Position numbers and translations under genes: made by a program. This document shows, one piece after another, positions 37,406 to 47,605 of a DNA stretch of 63,707 nt. Within the stretch, counting starts at the first letter, position 1. Each line of letters opens with the position of its first letter. Below the pieces are notes generated by a model. That model worked only from the letters and a program-made list of their open reading frames with translations, made no database searches and had not been told where the DNA came from. Location of the stretch: the IMG/VR virus record IMGVR_UViG_3300017782_000012, positions 1 to 63,707 of that record. One strand, given 5' to 3'. This DNA is from a virus (Duplodnaviria > Caudoviricetes).

Positions 37406-38180
37406 TATAATTTAAATTTAAAACTAACGCTCCATCAGCTGAAGCGGATAAAGACTCACTAACTAAGGAAGCATTAGGAATACTTAATGATTGAATATCA
37501 GCTCCTCCCCGACCATTTATATCAAAACTAATAGTTTTGTTTTCCCTGTTAGTTAAAAAATTAAAAGCTGATTCAGGTAAAGCTTGATCGACTTCTATTT
37601 GAACTTGAGCAGAATATTCTAATGGGGGGATCAACTCTACAGCAACCGCAGATTCTTGGCCAATGCTATACTGAGGTTTTCTTTCCGCTTTGATTGAGTA
37701 ATCAAAACCAATTACACGGTTTGTGGATGAGTTGTCACAGGTTATACTTATAGATCCTTGAGACGGTATATCTATAGAGCTTATGCTTTCAGAAGACAAG
37801 GTTTGACTAGATTGACTGACTAATTCATCGATAATTATGAAATCAGCGTTTACTTTAGGCACAGAACCAACAGCGCAATTAACAGAATAGTTATTTAAGT
37901 AACCACTATCAAACTCATATCGTTGACTGTTGTAAGTCACAGATCCCGAAGTGCTTGATGCTCCTGTCAAAGCTAAAACAGGATCATCATAAATAAGATA
38001 TCTAGATACAGATAAAGTCTGTTGTGTAGCTGCACCAACAGTAGTTAATCCGTTTTTGGACCCTAGTATCTTAGATGTCGTCGCATTATTGGAATATGAA
38101 ATACTAGCGGAATCAACACCAGATAGGTGTTTCCCCGCAACACGGACCTCTACTTCTTCATTTAGTCTTGAATCAAACAT
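37389..38180 (-). CDS. Tail-tube-like/tail tip protein
   Basis: YLNNYSVNCAVGSVP and FDYSIKAERKPQYSIG motifs shared with the tube paralogs; directly after the TMP. Confidence 0.6.
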   Translation of the reverse strand: MFDSRLNEEVEVRVAGKHLSGVDSASISYSNNATTSKILGSKNGLTTVGAATQQTLSVSRYLIYDDPVLALTGASSTSGSVTYNSQRYEFDSGYLNNYSVNCAVGSVPKVNADFIIIDELVSQSSQTLSSESISSIDIPSQGSISITCDNSSTNRVIGFDYSIKAERKPQYSIGQESAVAVELIPPLEYSAQVQIEVDQALPESAFNFLTNRENKTISFDINGRGGADIQSLSIPNASLVSESLSASADGALVLNLNYIGHGF

Positions 38181-41100
38181 TATCTCCTAAGTTGTCCCCC
38201 CAATCTTTTCTCGTCAGCAATGACCTGCTTAACAGCAGATTTGATTTTCTCGGATAGGTTTCTTTGCTCCTCAGAGGCTCCCTGACCACCAACGCTACTT
38301 TCGGACCCGTTAGATCCATTTACAGTGATACTGATGTTACCCGCCGTCTGAGAGTCTTCTGTGGCCCTTATAAGCTCATCTAGTTTAAGAACTAAATCTG
38401 AATTGTCATTAAGCCCTGTAGAGCCAGAATTTAAAGCTTGTAAATTAGCTGCTCCAATATTTTGAGTAGCAGCAGCATTCATTACGAATTCTCCCCCTGA
38501 AAGCATCGCTGGAACAGTATCTACTCCAGAGGTTCTTGGAATAGCCCCCCCTGTCGCCGTGAATTTATAACCTCCAGCACCATATCTGGTAGGATCGGGA
38601 CTAAATATATTAGTAAACGCTCCATCTTCTGTGGCAGCTGCTCCAAATGCCCCTCCCGAAGAAGGCGCTCCAGTAGTTAACATCCCGGCGTAATTACCAG
38701 CTGAAGACCCTATAAGTTTAGACATTCCACTCCCTAACCCCATTGTTGACCCTAATTGGGTAGCCCCATAACCAACAAGAGTACTGATGGCTGCTGAAGC
38801 AAGCATACTACCTAAACTGACTTTTTGGTCTGAAGCTTGTTGTCGTGCGGCTATTTCTTGACCTGCCAACTGGAAAGCTTGCAGCTTCGCGGATTGCACT
38901 TTTTGGAAAGCGGGATTATTTCTGCGGCCAAACCCTGTCATCCTTGCGCTTTCAGATCCCAAGAATGCTCCGTAACCCCTTAAATCATCTCTGCCCATAG
39001 CGAGAGGCGTTTGCGTAGCAAAAGACATTAAGTTTGCCCCTCCTCTTATAGCCCCCGCTCCATTTACTCCCGGAGTCATAAACATACCTTCTTTATCTCT
39101 GACTTGACCTCCTCTAGCAAAGCCTTGAATAGATCCAGAGTTTAACGCTGACATAAAACCAGTTCCGTATTTACTTACGGCTTTTTTATTCATGACGTAT
39201 TCTCCACCCATTAACATGGCTGGCACATCATCTCTACTACCAGAACCACCATTAACTTTACCTCCTTCAGAGAAACCAAGGAACCCTAAAATTCCACCTT
39301 TAGTACTTTCGTTCGCCGCTTGATCCATAAACTTTTGAACAAAGTTCTGAGTCATAGATTGTAAAAACGTATTAGCAGCGTTTAAAAGAGCGTTTTCTAA
39401 ATCTTCAGCGCCTTTTATACCTTCCGCGAAAGCAGAGACTATACCGTCTCTAAATGTTAAAGAGGTTGAAGCCATCTTAGTTAGGAATTCATCATTAATA
39501 ACTTTAGGATCTTTTTTCATATCGTCTAAACGCTCTTGAAAAGTTCTCTCCATCATCCCTTGCTGAATAGCTTGTTCAGGAGTTAAAGATTTATCTGCTT
39601 TTTTTATAAATTTAGCATCTCTAGCTCTTCTAGCGGCTAGTCTACCCAAGCCCATCCTGCCTAAATTTTCAGATTCAAAATTAGCATCAGTAACAGCTTG
39701 ATTCCTTTGAGCTGTGATAGCATTAATTCTATTTTTTAAAAGTTCACTTTCATTTTTTATAAGTCTAGCCCTCTCATCTAGATTTGCTTTTTCTCTCTTT
39801 AGGGTTGCAATCTCCGCTTTCTTAATTTGCAATGTGTCCGGGTCTTTAACGTTAACTAAAGAACCTTCCACAGCTTTTATTACTTTATCGAAGTCTTTTA
39901 TTTGAGATAGACTCGCGTCCACTTCGGCGAACAAAGCTGCGGTTTCATCATCTAATTGAAATGATTGGGCCTTTTTAAGTAGTTCAGCTCTTGAGCTATC
40001 AATTGCGACCATATCGATCCCTGATTGAATACGGTTTTTTCTCTTCTCTGCATCAGCTCTTTGAATTGGATTTAGGTTACCACTTTCTAGTTGAGCATTA
40101 ATACTTGCTATTCGTTTTTTAGCGTCTGTATTTTCTTTATCTATTTGACTGGTAACGCTAAAAGCTGCTGCTGTCGCCTCTTCTCTAGACTTAACTTGAA
40201 AAGCTTTTAAATTTTGTTGAGCTTCCAGATTTAAAACCCTTCTCCGCCCTAAAATTTTATTTCTTTCTTCCTCTTCCTTATTGAGGTCATTCAAACCCTT
40301 GAACTCTTGTTTCAAAAGCTTTAGTCCATCACCTTTTAATTTTAAGTGATCACCTCCGAGTGCTAAAGTATTCTGAATTATTTCTATAAGTTTTTCATCA
40401 GTAAGTTTCCCTGATTCGGATAAATCAAGAAGCTCTTTCTCTTGAGCTATTAAAGCTTTTGTATCAACATCCATCCCATCCAGCTTATCTTTTTGGGCGG
40501 AAAATATATCTAATTTTTTGTTTAAAGTATTTATACTTACCATTTGTAGAGTTTTTGCATTCTCTAGATTTAATATCTCTACCTTCCCTAAAGATCCAAG
40601 AGCTTTAGCCTTGCTTATTTGCATATCTAACTCATCAGTATTAGATTGTCTAACTTTGAAAATTTCTTTAGCTGTTTTTAATCTGGCTTTAGCGATTCTG
40701 ACATCCAGTAATTGCCCAGAGTCTTTAAGTTTTTGATTCTTTTCTTGCTGTTGTTGATCTTTTTGTTTTGAACTCTTAAATCTATCTCTTATTATATCGC
40801 TGATGATCTGCATATTAGCTTCAGAAGCTTTATTTTGCTTGTCTCCTCCAGCAGTTGCAAAAGCTGCAGCTTTTGCTTCTGCTTCGCGGAAAAGCGCAAG
40901 TTCTGTAGTTTTAACAATTCTGGATTGATTCGACCCCTTATCAGTAACTACTTTTCCAGCTTCTATATTTCGTAAAGACTCAATAACGCCATTTATAATG
41001 TTTTTTATTTCCTCTGCACTTTTATTAGCAAGTTCTTTTTGATCTTTCGGATCTAATGATCCTAGGATAGAAGCGTTAATGAAACGCTGTTGAGTACTTT

Positions 41101-44100
41101 CATTTTTACGTAACTCATCAACAAAATTTTGGTCAGCGTTTTTTCCTCCCATCGCAGCGATTCTATCTAAATCCAAACCTTCAAAACCATCACCACTTCC
41201 ATAATTAACAGTTCGTCCTCCAGCTTTAGTTGAAAAAAGTCCTCCTATACGATTATATAAGTTTTTTTCGCTATTGCTCAGCTCTCGATTTTCTATAGCT
41301 CCTCCAGAGAATTGCTTTACTGTGGAGTTCATTTTTTCAGAAAAAGCTTCTTGTGGGGTTAATTTCATAGCCTCCTCAATAGTTTTCCCTGATTCTCTAG
41401 CTGATCTAGCTGCGTTTATATAATCTATAACGCCCGTATTATTCCCTGACCCAGTCAATAAATTAGCTTCTGCCTTATCAGCTAGTTTCCCTAAAGCTGA
41501 AGCCGCTTTTTCAGCTGGTGTTTTAACTAGACCTAAGAACTTACCTACTGATCCTATAATATCAACCCCGAAACTTTTTAACAAAGGATTTAAAAGAGTG
41601 AATGCTGTAATAGCCGTACCTATAACAGGTAAAAACCTCATAAATCCTCCAGCTATTTTACCGATAGTTGGAGCTAATTTAGCCAAACCACTCGATAATG
41701 GCCCTAATTTAGAAACGCCTTTGGATAACATGTTTCCTTTTCCAGCGGCAAAACCACCAACACTCGCCGTTACACTTGTAGCTCTAGTGGCTGCTACAGC
41801 TTTAGATCCCAGCCCCCCCAAAGGCATATTAAACGCTTGCATAGTCATGAAAACCATCAAAGCGCTCATAGCTCCTTCAGCTAGAGCTGAAAAACTCTTG
41901 GTTAATCCTGTTGAATCTTTAGACGCTTCGTTTAGGCTAGATCCGAATAAACTTAAACCCATTTGCACAGCAAAAAACTTAGCTGTAAGACCATCCATAG
42001 ATTTTGCTGTTTTATTATTCGCATCTGTAGCTTTTTTAGCTGAATCCGCAAACGCTTTAAAGTTTGTCTGTTGTATACCAGCTCCACTAACAAAATTAGG
42101 TATAAATCCTCTAGCCGCAGGGATAGCTCCGGTAGGCTCATCACGGGTATTCGTTACAGCGAGACCCATTGGATTTTGCGAATTACGAAGCTTACCACTT
42201 TGATTAATTCTAATTTGACTGACAGGTAAGCCAGCAGCCTTCTCTCTGCCGACAGCTTCTTCTAAAGCTCCGCCCGCGAAGTTAGGTATGTATCCTGTCG
42301 CAGCTCTAAATTTAGGAATCACCTTTTTTATTTGAGAGATGAGAAAATCTCTTTGGCTGGGATCATTGAAAGCTTTACCTATAACTGTCCTTACAGCTTC
42401 GTTAGAGGCTGTTCTTTTTCCATCTGATTTTTGAAGTGAAGGAGTGAACTTAAATGTGTTTTTAAATGCTTTACTAGGTCGCCCCGCACCTTCTTCAAAG
42501 TCAAAAGGTTTCTGATCATCTTTCTCATCTTTAAAAGCTCTTAGTCCCGAAGCTTTCTTTGTAATAAGTCTAATCGCAGATTCAAATATGCCACCTTCTA
42601 CAGAAGAGCTAAAAAGGTTAGCCCCGCCACCTTGATTTTTTATCTTTTTTAACTTATTATTTAATTCTTTGGCATCATTACCCTGAAAAGATGTACCAAG
42701 AATATTAGCACCTAATGTCGCAACAGGATTTATGAAAAGATCTGCTATTTGATTTTTAAATTTAGTTTTTTTATCTTTTAGATTATCAGAATGTAAACTC
42801 CTAACTTGAATACCTTTAAATTGTATATCAGTTATCCCCGCTTTTGCAGCTGATTTAGCTAGAGGAGAGCTTAAAAGAGAGGGCGATGTTTTAGAATTCC
42901 CTGTTTTCTTTGAAGAAAAAAGAGACGCCACTCCATACCTATCAGCTGGCACTATTAGAGTTTTAGATCCTTGGTTCTTGTTTCTAAATTGGTTGATTTT
43001 ATCTTTATCTGCTTGACTAGCATTTCTAAAAGATTCAGCGGCTTTGTTAGATTTAAAAGTCCCATCCGCTTTCATATAGTTTCCGGGTCTCCTAATAATA
43101 TCTTGGATACTCGCAAAGTTTGGAATATAACCTGAAGCAGCTCTGACTTTTTTAGCGTTTGCAGGAAGACCCATTGAAGAAGCCATGTTTTGGTTAAATA
43201 TAGCATCTCCACCGTTAGCATAATTAGGGACAATATATTCGCTGCTATTAGCTACCATAGTTCCCCTCTTGCCCCCACCAAAAGCAAAATTAGGGATAAC
43301 TACGGGTTTGGCAGAAGCAGGTGCGCCACCCACTCCACGAGATATATCAGACTTCTCTGCCCCAACAGGTAAAAAGCCATCAGCAGCTTTTTTTCCTCCA
43401 AATGGGTTCTTCGAAGTCATAAACGAAGGCACACTCGTCATAACTCTGGGAGCGATAGTTGCAGCGATACCTTGCATCTTAGTCATCACAGCTAATTGCT
43501 CATTAAGAGCTGTGGTAAAGAATTTAGTTTGTAAAACTTTTTTTTCCTCGGCAGAAATACTTAATCTTTCGATATCTAATATCTTTTGTCTTATAGTCCT
43601 ATCATTGATTAAAGAAGAAGCTATTTGACCTTGCAATTTAGCTTGCCTTTCTGCAGCTTTATTAAGACCAAAAAATACATTTAGAGATTTAGCTCCAAAT
43701 TTTGCAAAATCTATCAGGAGCTTTCCAACTACAGCTAAAGCTAAAGCTAATCCGGGGCCAGAAATTATATTAGAAATACCTTTTATTAATCCTTTTGCTA
43801 GGTCTGACCCAAGACCTTCACCATCTAAAACGCCTTGTATATTACTTACAATACTATTGAAGAACCCTATAATACTCCTTAAATTATCTGTAACCCCAAT
43901 TTCACCTAGAGTGTTAGCTAACTCTTTAAGATTCAACGTCGCGGTATTTATAGCTGAAGATAAAGTCTTATTAAGAGCTTCGTTCCTCATGTAAGCTTCA
44001 TTAGTCGCGCTGAAAGATGTACTCGCTACCTCATTACTTCTAGAGATCTTTTGATTGTAATCTTCAAGTAAAGCTAAGAACGGAGCGATTTGAAATTTAC

Positions 44101-45037
44101 CAACAAGATTATCAGCTAAATTCACTCTAGACGCTTGATCCAGTTTTGCAAATGCAGGAGCTAAATTTTCTATGACTTTATTCGATGATAAAACCCTACC
44201 TTCTAAATCCGTAACTTGAACCCCCAAATCTCTTAAAGATCTTAATTTTTCAATATCTTGAATTCTAACGAAAATCGTTTTTAAGGAGTTGCCGATAACA
44301 GCTCCACCCCTTGCGGTTTTTTCTTGTAAGGCAGATATAATACCAACTAATTCGTCGAATTGCACACCTGTAGAAACGGCTACCGCTCCAGAACGCTTAA
44401 TACCTTCGATTAGGTCTCTATCCGATACAGCAGCGCTTGCGGCTGCAGCAGAGATTTTGTTAAGCACTTCAGCACTAGTTAATCCTGCGCTTTTAAAAGA
44501 GTTTATCGCGGCTGTTAATCCAGATACAGAATCAGCAGCGTTCATTCCAGAAATACGAGATAAAATTAGAGCATCATTTAATCTTTTGGTAACCTGTTCA
44601 GCTTTAAGACCTTGGCGAGATAACTCCAGAGCGGCTTCGGCAACATTAGCGAATGATTGTTCTGTATTTCGCGCTATATCAAATATATTATTTTTAAATG
44701 AGTTTAATTGAGATTCACTCTGTTTAAGTATAGAATTTATATTAGCTAAGCTCTTCTCGACTTCGATAGTCGTAGTCACCAACTCTTTCATCCCTCTCGT
44801 CACGGCAGCTATAGTGCCTACAGAAGCGCCAAAAGCTAACACACGAGCGTTAGCAGCTGCCATTGATTTAGTGAAATCGTCTGCCTTACCAGTGAGCCTA
44901 CCTAAAGGTTGAGATAGAGATTCAATGCTCTTAGCTCCCGGCCCCATATTAATCTTGAGGCTTTTCCCAGCTTTCTGGGCAGCTTGTTGAATACTTTGTT
45001 CTAAACCTGTTTGTACGACTGGGACTTTAATTGGCAT
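38180..45037 (-). CDS. Tail tape measure protein (TP901-like core) with inserted domains
   Basis: 2285 aa; AALELSRQGL, ARGGAVIGNSLKTIF core; Ala/Gly-rich helical and hydrophobic stretches; duplicated C-terminal DxVPAMLxGGE(Y/F)VMN; SD AAGGAG. Confidence 0.9.
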   Translation of the reverse strand: MPIKVPVVQTGLEQSIQQAAQKAGKSLKINMGPGAKSIESLSQPLGRLTGKADDFTKSMAAANARVLAFGASVGTIAAVTRGMKELVTTTIEVEKSLANINSILKQSESQLNSFKNNIFDIARNTEQSFANVAEAALELSRQGLKAEQVTKRLNDALILSRISGMNAADSVSGLTAAINSFKSAGLTSAEVLNKISAAAASAAVSDRDLIEGIKRSGAVAVSTGVQFDELVGIISALQEKTARGGAVIGNSLKTIFVRIQDIEKLRSLRDLGVQVTDLEGRVLSSNKVIENLAPAFAKLDQASRVNLADNLVGKFQIAPFLALLEDYNQKISRSNEVASTSFSATNEAYMRNEALNKTLSSAINTATLNLKELANTLGEIGVTDNLRSIIGFFNSIVSNIQGVLDGEGLGSDLAKGLIKGISNIISGPGLALALAVVGKLLIDFAKFGAKSLNVFFGLNKAAERQAKLQGQIASSLINDRTIRQKILDIERLSISAEEKKVLQTKFFTTALNEQLAVMTKMQGIAATIAPRVMTSVPSFMTSKNPFGGKKAADGFLPVGAEKSDISRGVGGAPASAKPVVIPNFAFGGGKRGTMVANSSEYIVPNYANGGDAIFNQNMASSMGLPANAKKVRAASGYIPNFASIQDIIRRPGNYMKADGTFKSNKAAESFRNASQADKDKINQFRNKNQGSKTLIVPADRYGVASLFSSKKTGNSKTSPSLLSSPLAKSAAKAGITDIQFKGIQVRSLHSDNLKDKKTKFKNQIADLFINPVATLGANILGTSFQGNDAKELNNKLKKIKNQGGGANLFSSSVEGGIFESAIRLITKKASGLRAFKDEKDDQKPFDFEEGAGRPSKAFKNTFKFTPSLQKSDGKRTASNEAVRTVIGKAFNDPSQRDFLISQIKKVIPKFRAATGYIPNFAGGALEEAVGREKAAGLPVSQIRINQSGKLRNSQNPMGLAVTNTRDEPTGAIPAARGFIPNFVSGAGIQQTNFKAFADSAKKATDANNKTAKSMDGLTAKFFAVQMGLSLFGSSLNEASKDSTGLTKSFSALAEGAMSALMVFMTMQAFNMPLGGLGSKAVAATRATSVTASVGGFAAGKGNMLSKGVSKLGPLSSGLAKLAPTIGKIAGGFMRFLPVIGTAITAFTLLNPLLKSFGVDIIGSVGKFLGLVKTPAEKAASALGKLADKAEANLLTGSGNNTGVIDYINAARSARESGKTIEEAMKLTPQEAFSEKMNSTVKQFSGGAIENRELSNSEKNLYNRIGGLFSTKAGGRTVNYGSGDGFEGLDLDRIAAMGGKNADQNFVDELRKNESTQQRFINASILGSLDPKDQKELANKSAEEIKNIINGVIESLRNIEAGKVVTDKGSNQSRIVKTTELALFREAEAKAAAFATAGGDKQNKASEANMQIISDIIRDRFKSSKQKDQQQQEKNQKLKDSGQLLDVRIAKARLKTAKEIFKVRQSNTDELDMQISKAKALGSLGKVEILNLENAKTLQMVSINTLNKKLDIFSAQKDKLDGMDVDTKALIAQEKELLDLSESGKLTDEKLIEIIQNTLALGGDHLKLKGDGLKLLKQEFKGLNDLNKEEEERNKILGRRRVLNLEAQQNLKAFQVKSREEATAAAFSVTSQIDKENTDAKKRIASINAQLESGNLNPIQRADAEKRKNRIQSGIDMVAIDSSRAELLKKAQSFQLDDETAALFAEVDASLSQIKDFDKVIKAVEGSLVNVKDPDTLQIKKAEIATLKREKANLDERARLIKNESELLKNRINAITAQRNQAVTDANFESENLGRMGLGRLAARRARDAKFIKKADKSLTPEQAIQQGMMERTFQERLDDMKKDPKVINDEFLTKMASTSLTFRDGIVSAFAEGIKGAEDLENALLNAANTFLQSMTQNFVQKFMDQAANESTKGGILGFLGFSEGGKVNGGSGSRDDVPAMLMGGEYVMNKKAVSKYGTGFMSALNSGSIQGFARGGQVRDKEGMFMTPGVNGAGAIRGGANLMSFATQTPLAMGRDDLRGYGAFLGSESARMTGFGRRNNPAFQKVQSAKLQAFQLAGQEIAARQQASDQKVSLGSMLASAAISTLVGYGATQLGSTMGLGSGMSKLIGSSAGNYAGMLTTGAPSSGGAFGAAATEDGAFTNIFSPDPTRYGAGGYKFTATGGAIPRTSGVDTVPAMLSGGEFVMNAAATQNIGAANLQALNSGSTGLNDNSDLVLKLDELIRATEDSQTAGNISITVNGSNGSESSVGGQGASEEQRNLSEKIKSAVKQVIADEKRLGGQLRR

Positions 45038-45060
45038 GATCTTACTCCTTTATGAGTATA

Positions 45061-45066
45061 TACACT
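45061..45066 (-). promoter_or_regulatory. AGTGTA motif ahead of the TMP
   Basis: 23 nt before ATG 45037, with a Shine-Dalgarno sequence in between. Confidence 0.6.
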
Positions 45067-45070
45067 AATA

Positions 45071-46060
45071 TTACACATCATGACCTGCTAATCTCATCAT
45101 TTGTTTCATATCTAGTTTGCCGCCAGCTTCTTTAGCGGCGTCAGATAATGATATAGAATTACCGCTTTTAGATGTTTTTTTAATATCATCTGCTGTAGCC
45201 CCAAATACAGCCGAAGCGTCTGCATCATCTTTAACGCCTCCATTATTTGAGTCTTTATTCCTTTGGTTCTCTGAAAAAGCCATCAACTTATCTGGATCTT
45301 CTTTTATATTATCAGGAATATCATCAGTATATTGAAAAATGCTATGGAAGACCCTGCCATACATTACTGTTTTCATTTGATATACAGATAAATTTATTAT
45401 AGCTTTACCATAAAAATCCCTAGGGTTTTCACAATTAGCGAGATACATACTAAAAAACGGTTTTAAAACCGCATGTTTGATATTCTCTTCTGACATTTTA
45501 TCTGTCACAGCCCCCAGTCTGATATTCAATTCTGCTATTTCATCAGATTCCAATTCACCGAACTCATCTTCCGTATGGAGGTTCTCTTCAAATTTAAGAT
45601 CCTTAAAAAAACAAAACCTCAACATCTCATCTGCAGATCGTCGGTTAGCGTATGCTTCAGCGGTTAAACCAACAACCTCAGCTCTTTGATTTTTTAATTT
45701 GTATAACTCCAACAGCTTTTCATCAATAGTTTTCTGTAGAGCTTCTTTTTTCGAGGGTAGAAATAAAGATTGTTTAGTTTTTTTTAAATTTTGAGTCTCA
45801 GTTTCTAACGAAGCTATTTCCATATCGTCAGACTCCTCCCATAAACCCTCTTCTTTTACATAATCAGACCTTTCTTCTTCAGTATCTATACCTTTAGAGA
45901 TCGCTAGATCTTTGTAGCGCTCGTAGTATGTATTGAGATACTTCTGATCTCTTAAGTTTATATGTTTAACGAATACGTCCCGACCTTTGAAAGTCGAGAC
46001 GCTATACCCGTCAAAAACTTCTCCTATTAGAGAAATATAGAACTCGTCACTATAGCTCAC
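45071..46060 (-). CDS. Putative tail assembly chaperone
   Basis: Immediately upstream of the TMP; acidic and helical; resembles its upstream neighbour. Confidence 0.5.
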   Translation of the reverse strand: MSYSDEFYISLIGEVFDGYSVSTFKGRDVFVKHINLRDQKYLNTYYERYKDLAISKGIDTEEERSDYVKEEGLWEESDDMEIASLETETQNLKKTKQSLFLPSKKEALQKTIDEKLLELYKLKNQRAEVVGLTAEAYANRRSADEMLRFCFFKDLKFEENLHTEDEFGELESDEIAELNIRLGAVTDKMSEENIKHAVLKPFFSMYLANCENPRDFYGKAIINLSVYQMKTVMYGRVFHSIFQYTDDIPDNIKEDPDKLMAFSENQRNKDSNNGGVKDDADASAVFGATADDIKKTSKSGNSISLSDAAKEAGGKLDMKQMMRLAGHDV

Positions 46061-46805
46061 CTTTTTCTACCTGTTCCATCAACTCTTCAAACTCTTTTTG
46101 AGATGAAGCTTGGTTGTAGAACCAGAAAGCTAATGTGGTTGAGACTTGTTTGATTATTTTTTGATAAACCTCAGAGTTTTCCTCCTCTTTATCATAATAA
46201 TCCTCAAGTTTCGCTTCGTAATCTAAACCTTCAAAATAAGAAACAGGATCTTCATCCTCCTCCTTTTGGATATAAGTTAGATTCAAAGCGTACCAGAGAA
46301 GCAGTTTGTTTTGCGCTCTTACGTCTGCAGTGTGTTCAAATAGACCTTGTAGATTCGTTTCTACCTCAACTAACTGTCTTTTTACTTCAGCAATTTTTTC
46401 TTTGACTTCTTCTAGCCTATCTTTCTGAACTTTTGTTAATTTAGTAGCTGAATCAAGTCTGACATATTCATTTTGATATTCTAAGATCTGCTTGTAGAGC
46501 TTCCCATATTCCTTCTGCCCTTCCTCAGTAAAAGCTCCTCCTGTATCATCATACTTCTTGGCGAGCATAGCTTTTGTCAGAATGCCTTGTTTGACACACT
46601 TACTCATTTCGATTGTATATTGAAGCTCGCCATCTTCAAGTTCGCGACGAGAAGGTTTCTTAATTTTTACTTCGATTGGGGTTTTTTCCTTAACCTTCTT
46701 TTTTACGATAGTAGTCTCACCTGTTTTTTTGTTCTTACGGGAAGTCTCTTTTTCCACTTCACGAACCTCATCCACAGTGAACTGATATAATAATTTTAAA
46801 TCCAT
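46050..46805 (-). CDS. Putative tail assembly chaperone
   Basis: Position before the TMP; coiled coil; start placed at ATG 46805, after the upstream stop. Confidence 0.5.
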   Translation of the reverse strand: MDLKLLYQFTVDEVREVEKETSRKNKKTGETTIVKKKVKEKTPIEVKIKKPSRRELEDGELQYTIEMSKCVKQGILTKAMLAKKYDDTGGAFTEEGQKEYGKLYKQILEYQNEYVRLDSATKLTKVQKDRLEEVKEKIAEVKRQLVEVETNLQGLFEHTADVRAQNKLLLWYALNLTYIQKEEDEDPVSYFEGLDYEAKLEDYYDKEEENSEVYQKIIKQVSTTLAFWFYNQASSQKEFEELMEQVEKGEL

Positions 46806-46809
46806 ATGC

Positions 46810-47097
46810 CTACTTAAATATAAATTCAACTCTGTAATTTTCTATTTCATTCTTGACATTTCTTAAACTTTCATTACCGAAGTCTAAAATCCTCTTCCTG
46901 ATCCAAGATACTTTATCTGGGGTAAAATGATCTGCAGCCTTTATAACTGGGTGGTATTCCTTAGGTATACCCTCGTAAAGCTTGGCGTAATGAAAATCGT
47001 GGTCTTTTTTCATGTCTTCCACCATAATTAGCATCATTTTGAATAGTGAGGAGACCTCATCACCAGACCTTTGATTTAAATTTTTTTTAGCATTCAT
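46810..47097 (-). CDS. Hypothetical protein
   Basis: 95-aa ORF heading the TMP operon; TATAAT and AAGG upstream. Confidence 0.7.
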   Translation of the reverse strand: MNAKKNLNQRSGDEVSSLFKMMLIMVEDMKKDHDFHYAKLYEGIPKEYHPVIKAADHFTPDKVSWIRKRILDFGNESLRNVKNEIENYRVEFIFK

Positions 47098-47125
47098 CCT
47101 TTATCCAAGTTATTATAAAAAAAAA

Positions 47126-47131
47126 AGTGTA
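47126..47131 (+). promoter_or_regulatory. AGTGTA motif
   Basis: 9 nt before ATG 47141. Confidence 0.7.
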
Positions 47132-47140
47132 AATATCTAC

Positions 47141-47605
47141 ATGGCTGGCTTTTTATCTACAAACATGGAATCGAGTATCAACTCAATGTACGATACCCTT
47201 CATGAAACTTTTGCTCAAACTATAACTGTTTTCAAGAATTCTAAGAGGACGGTAGTTTCCACGAACTCAAAGTATAATAATATTTACGGTAGAACCAATA
47301 CAGGTTCGAAATCAAGCGTAGAATATACCACGGAATCCCAGTCTTTCGCGGCTAGAATCTATTATATTGATATGGATGAAGAGTATCTTGATAACGGAGC
47401 TAACCAGCAAGGGACTCAGAATAAAATTGTCCTGCCTGATGGTTCGGTTAAAATGATTGTTAAAGCTGATGCTTATAATTATATCAAAGAGGCTAGAAGG
47501 ATAGAATTGGATGGGATTAGATTCGCGATCAAAAGCGATGGATCTCCTTCAGGTCTGACCACTAACATTTTTTACACTTTCTTACTTACACCAATAGATG
47601 AGTAA
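47141..47605 (+). CDS. Putative head-closure (stopper) protein
   Basis: Size, beta-rich pattern and first position in the neck-to-tube block. Confidence 0.5.
   Translation: MAGFLSTNMESSINSMYDTLHETFAQTITVFKNSKRTVVSTNSKYNNIYGRTNTGSKSSVEYTTESQSFAARIYYIDMDEEYLDNGANQQGTQNKIVLPDGSVKMIVKADAYNYIKEARRIELDGIRFAIKSDGSPSGLTTNIFYTFLLTPIDE

Noticed and set aside
38420-39270. Duplicated DxVPAMLxGGE(Y/F)VMN motif at the TMP C-terminus
   Set aside because: Real, but a common C-terminal motif of tape measure proteins; not treated as novel
46050-46075. Programmed -1 frameshift between the tail chaperone genes
   Set aside because: The downstream ORF is in the +1 frame with its own GTG, and there is no in-frame XXXYYYZ heptamer
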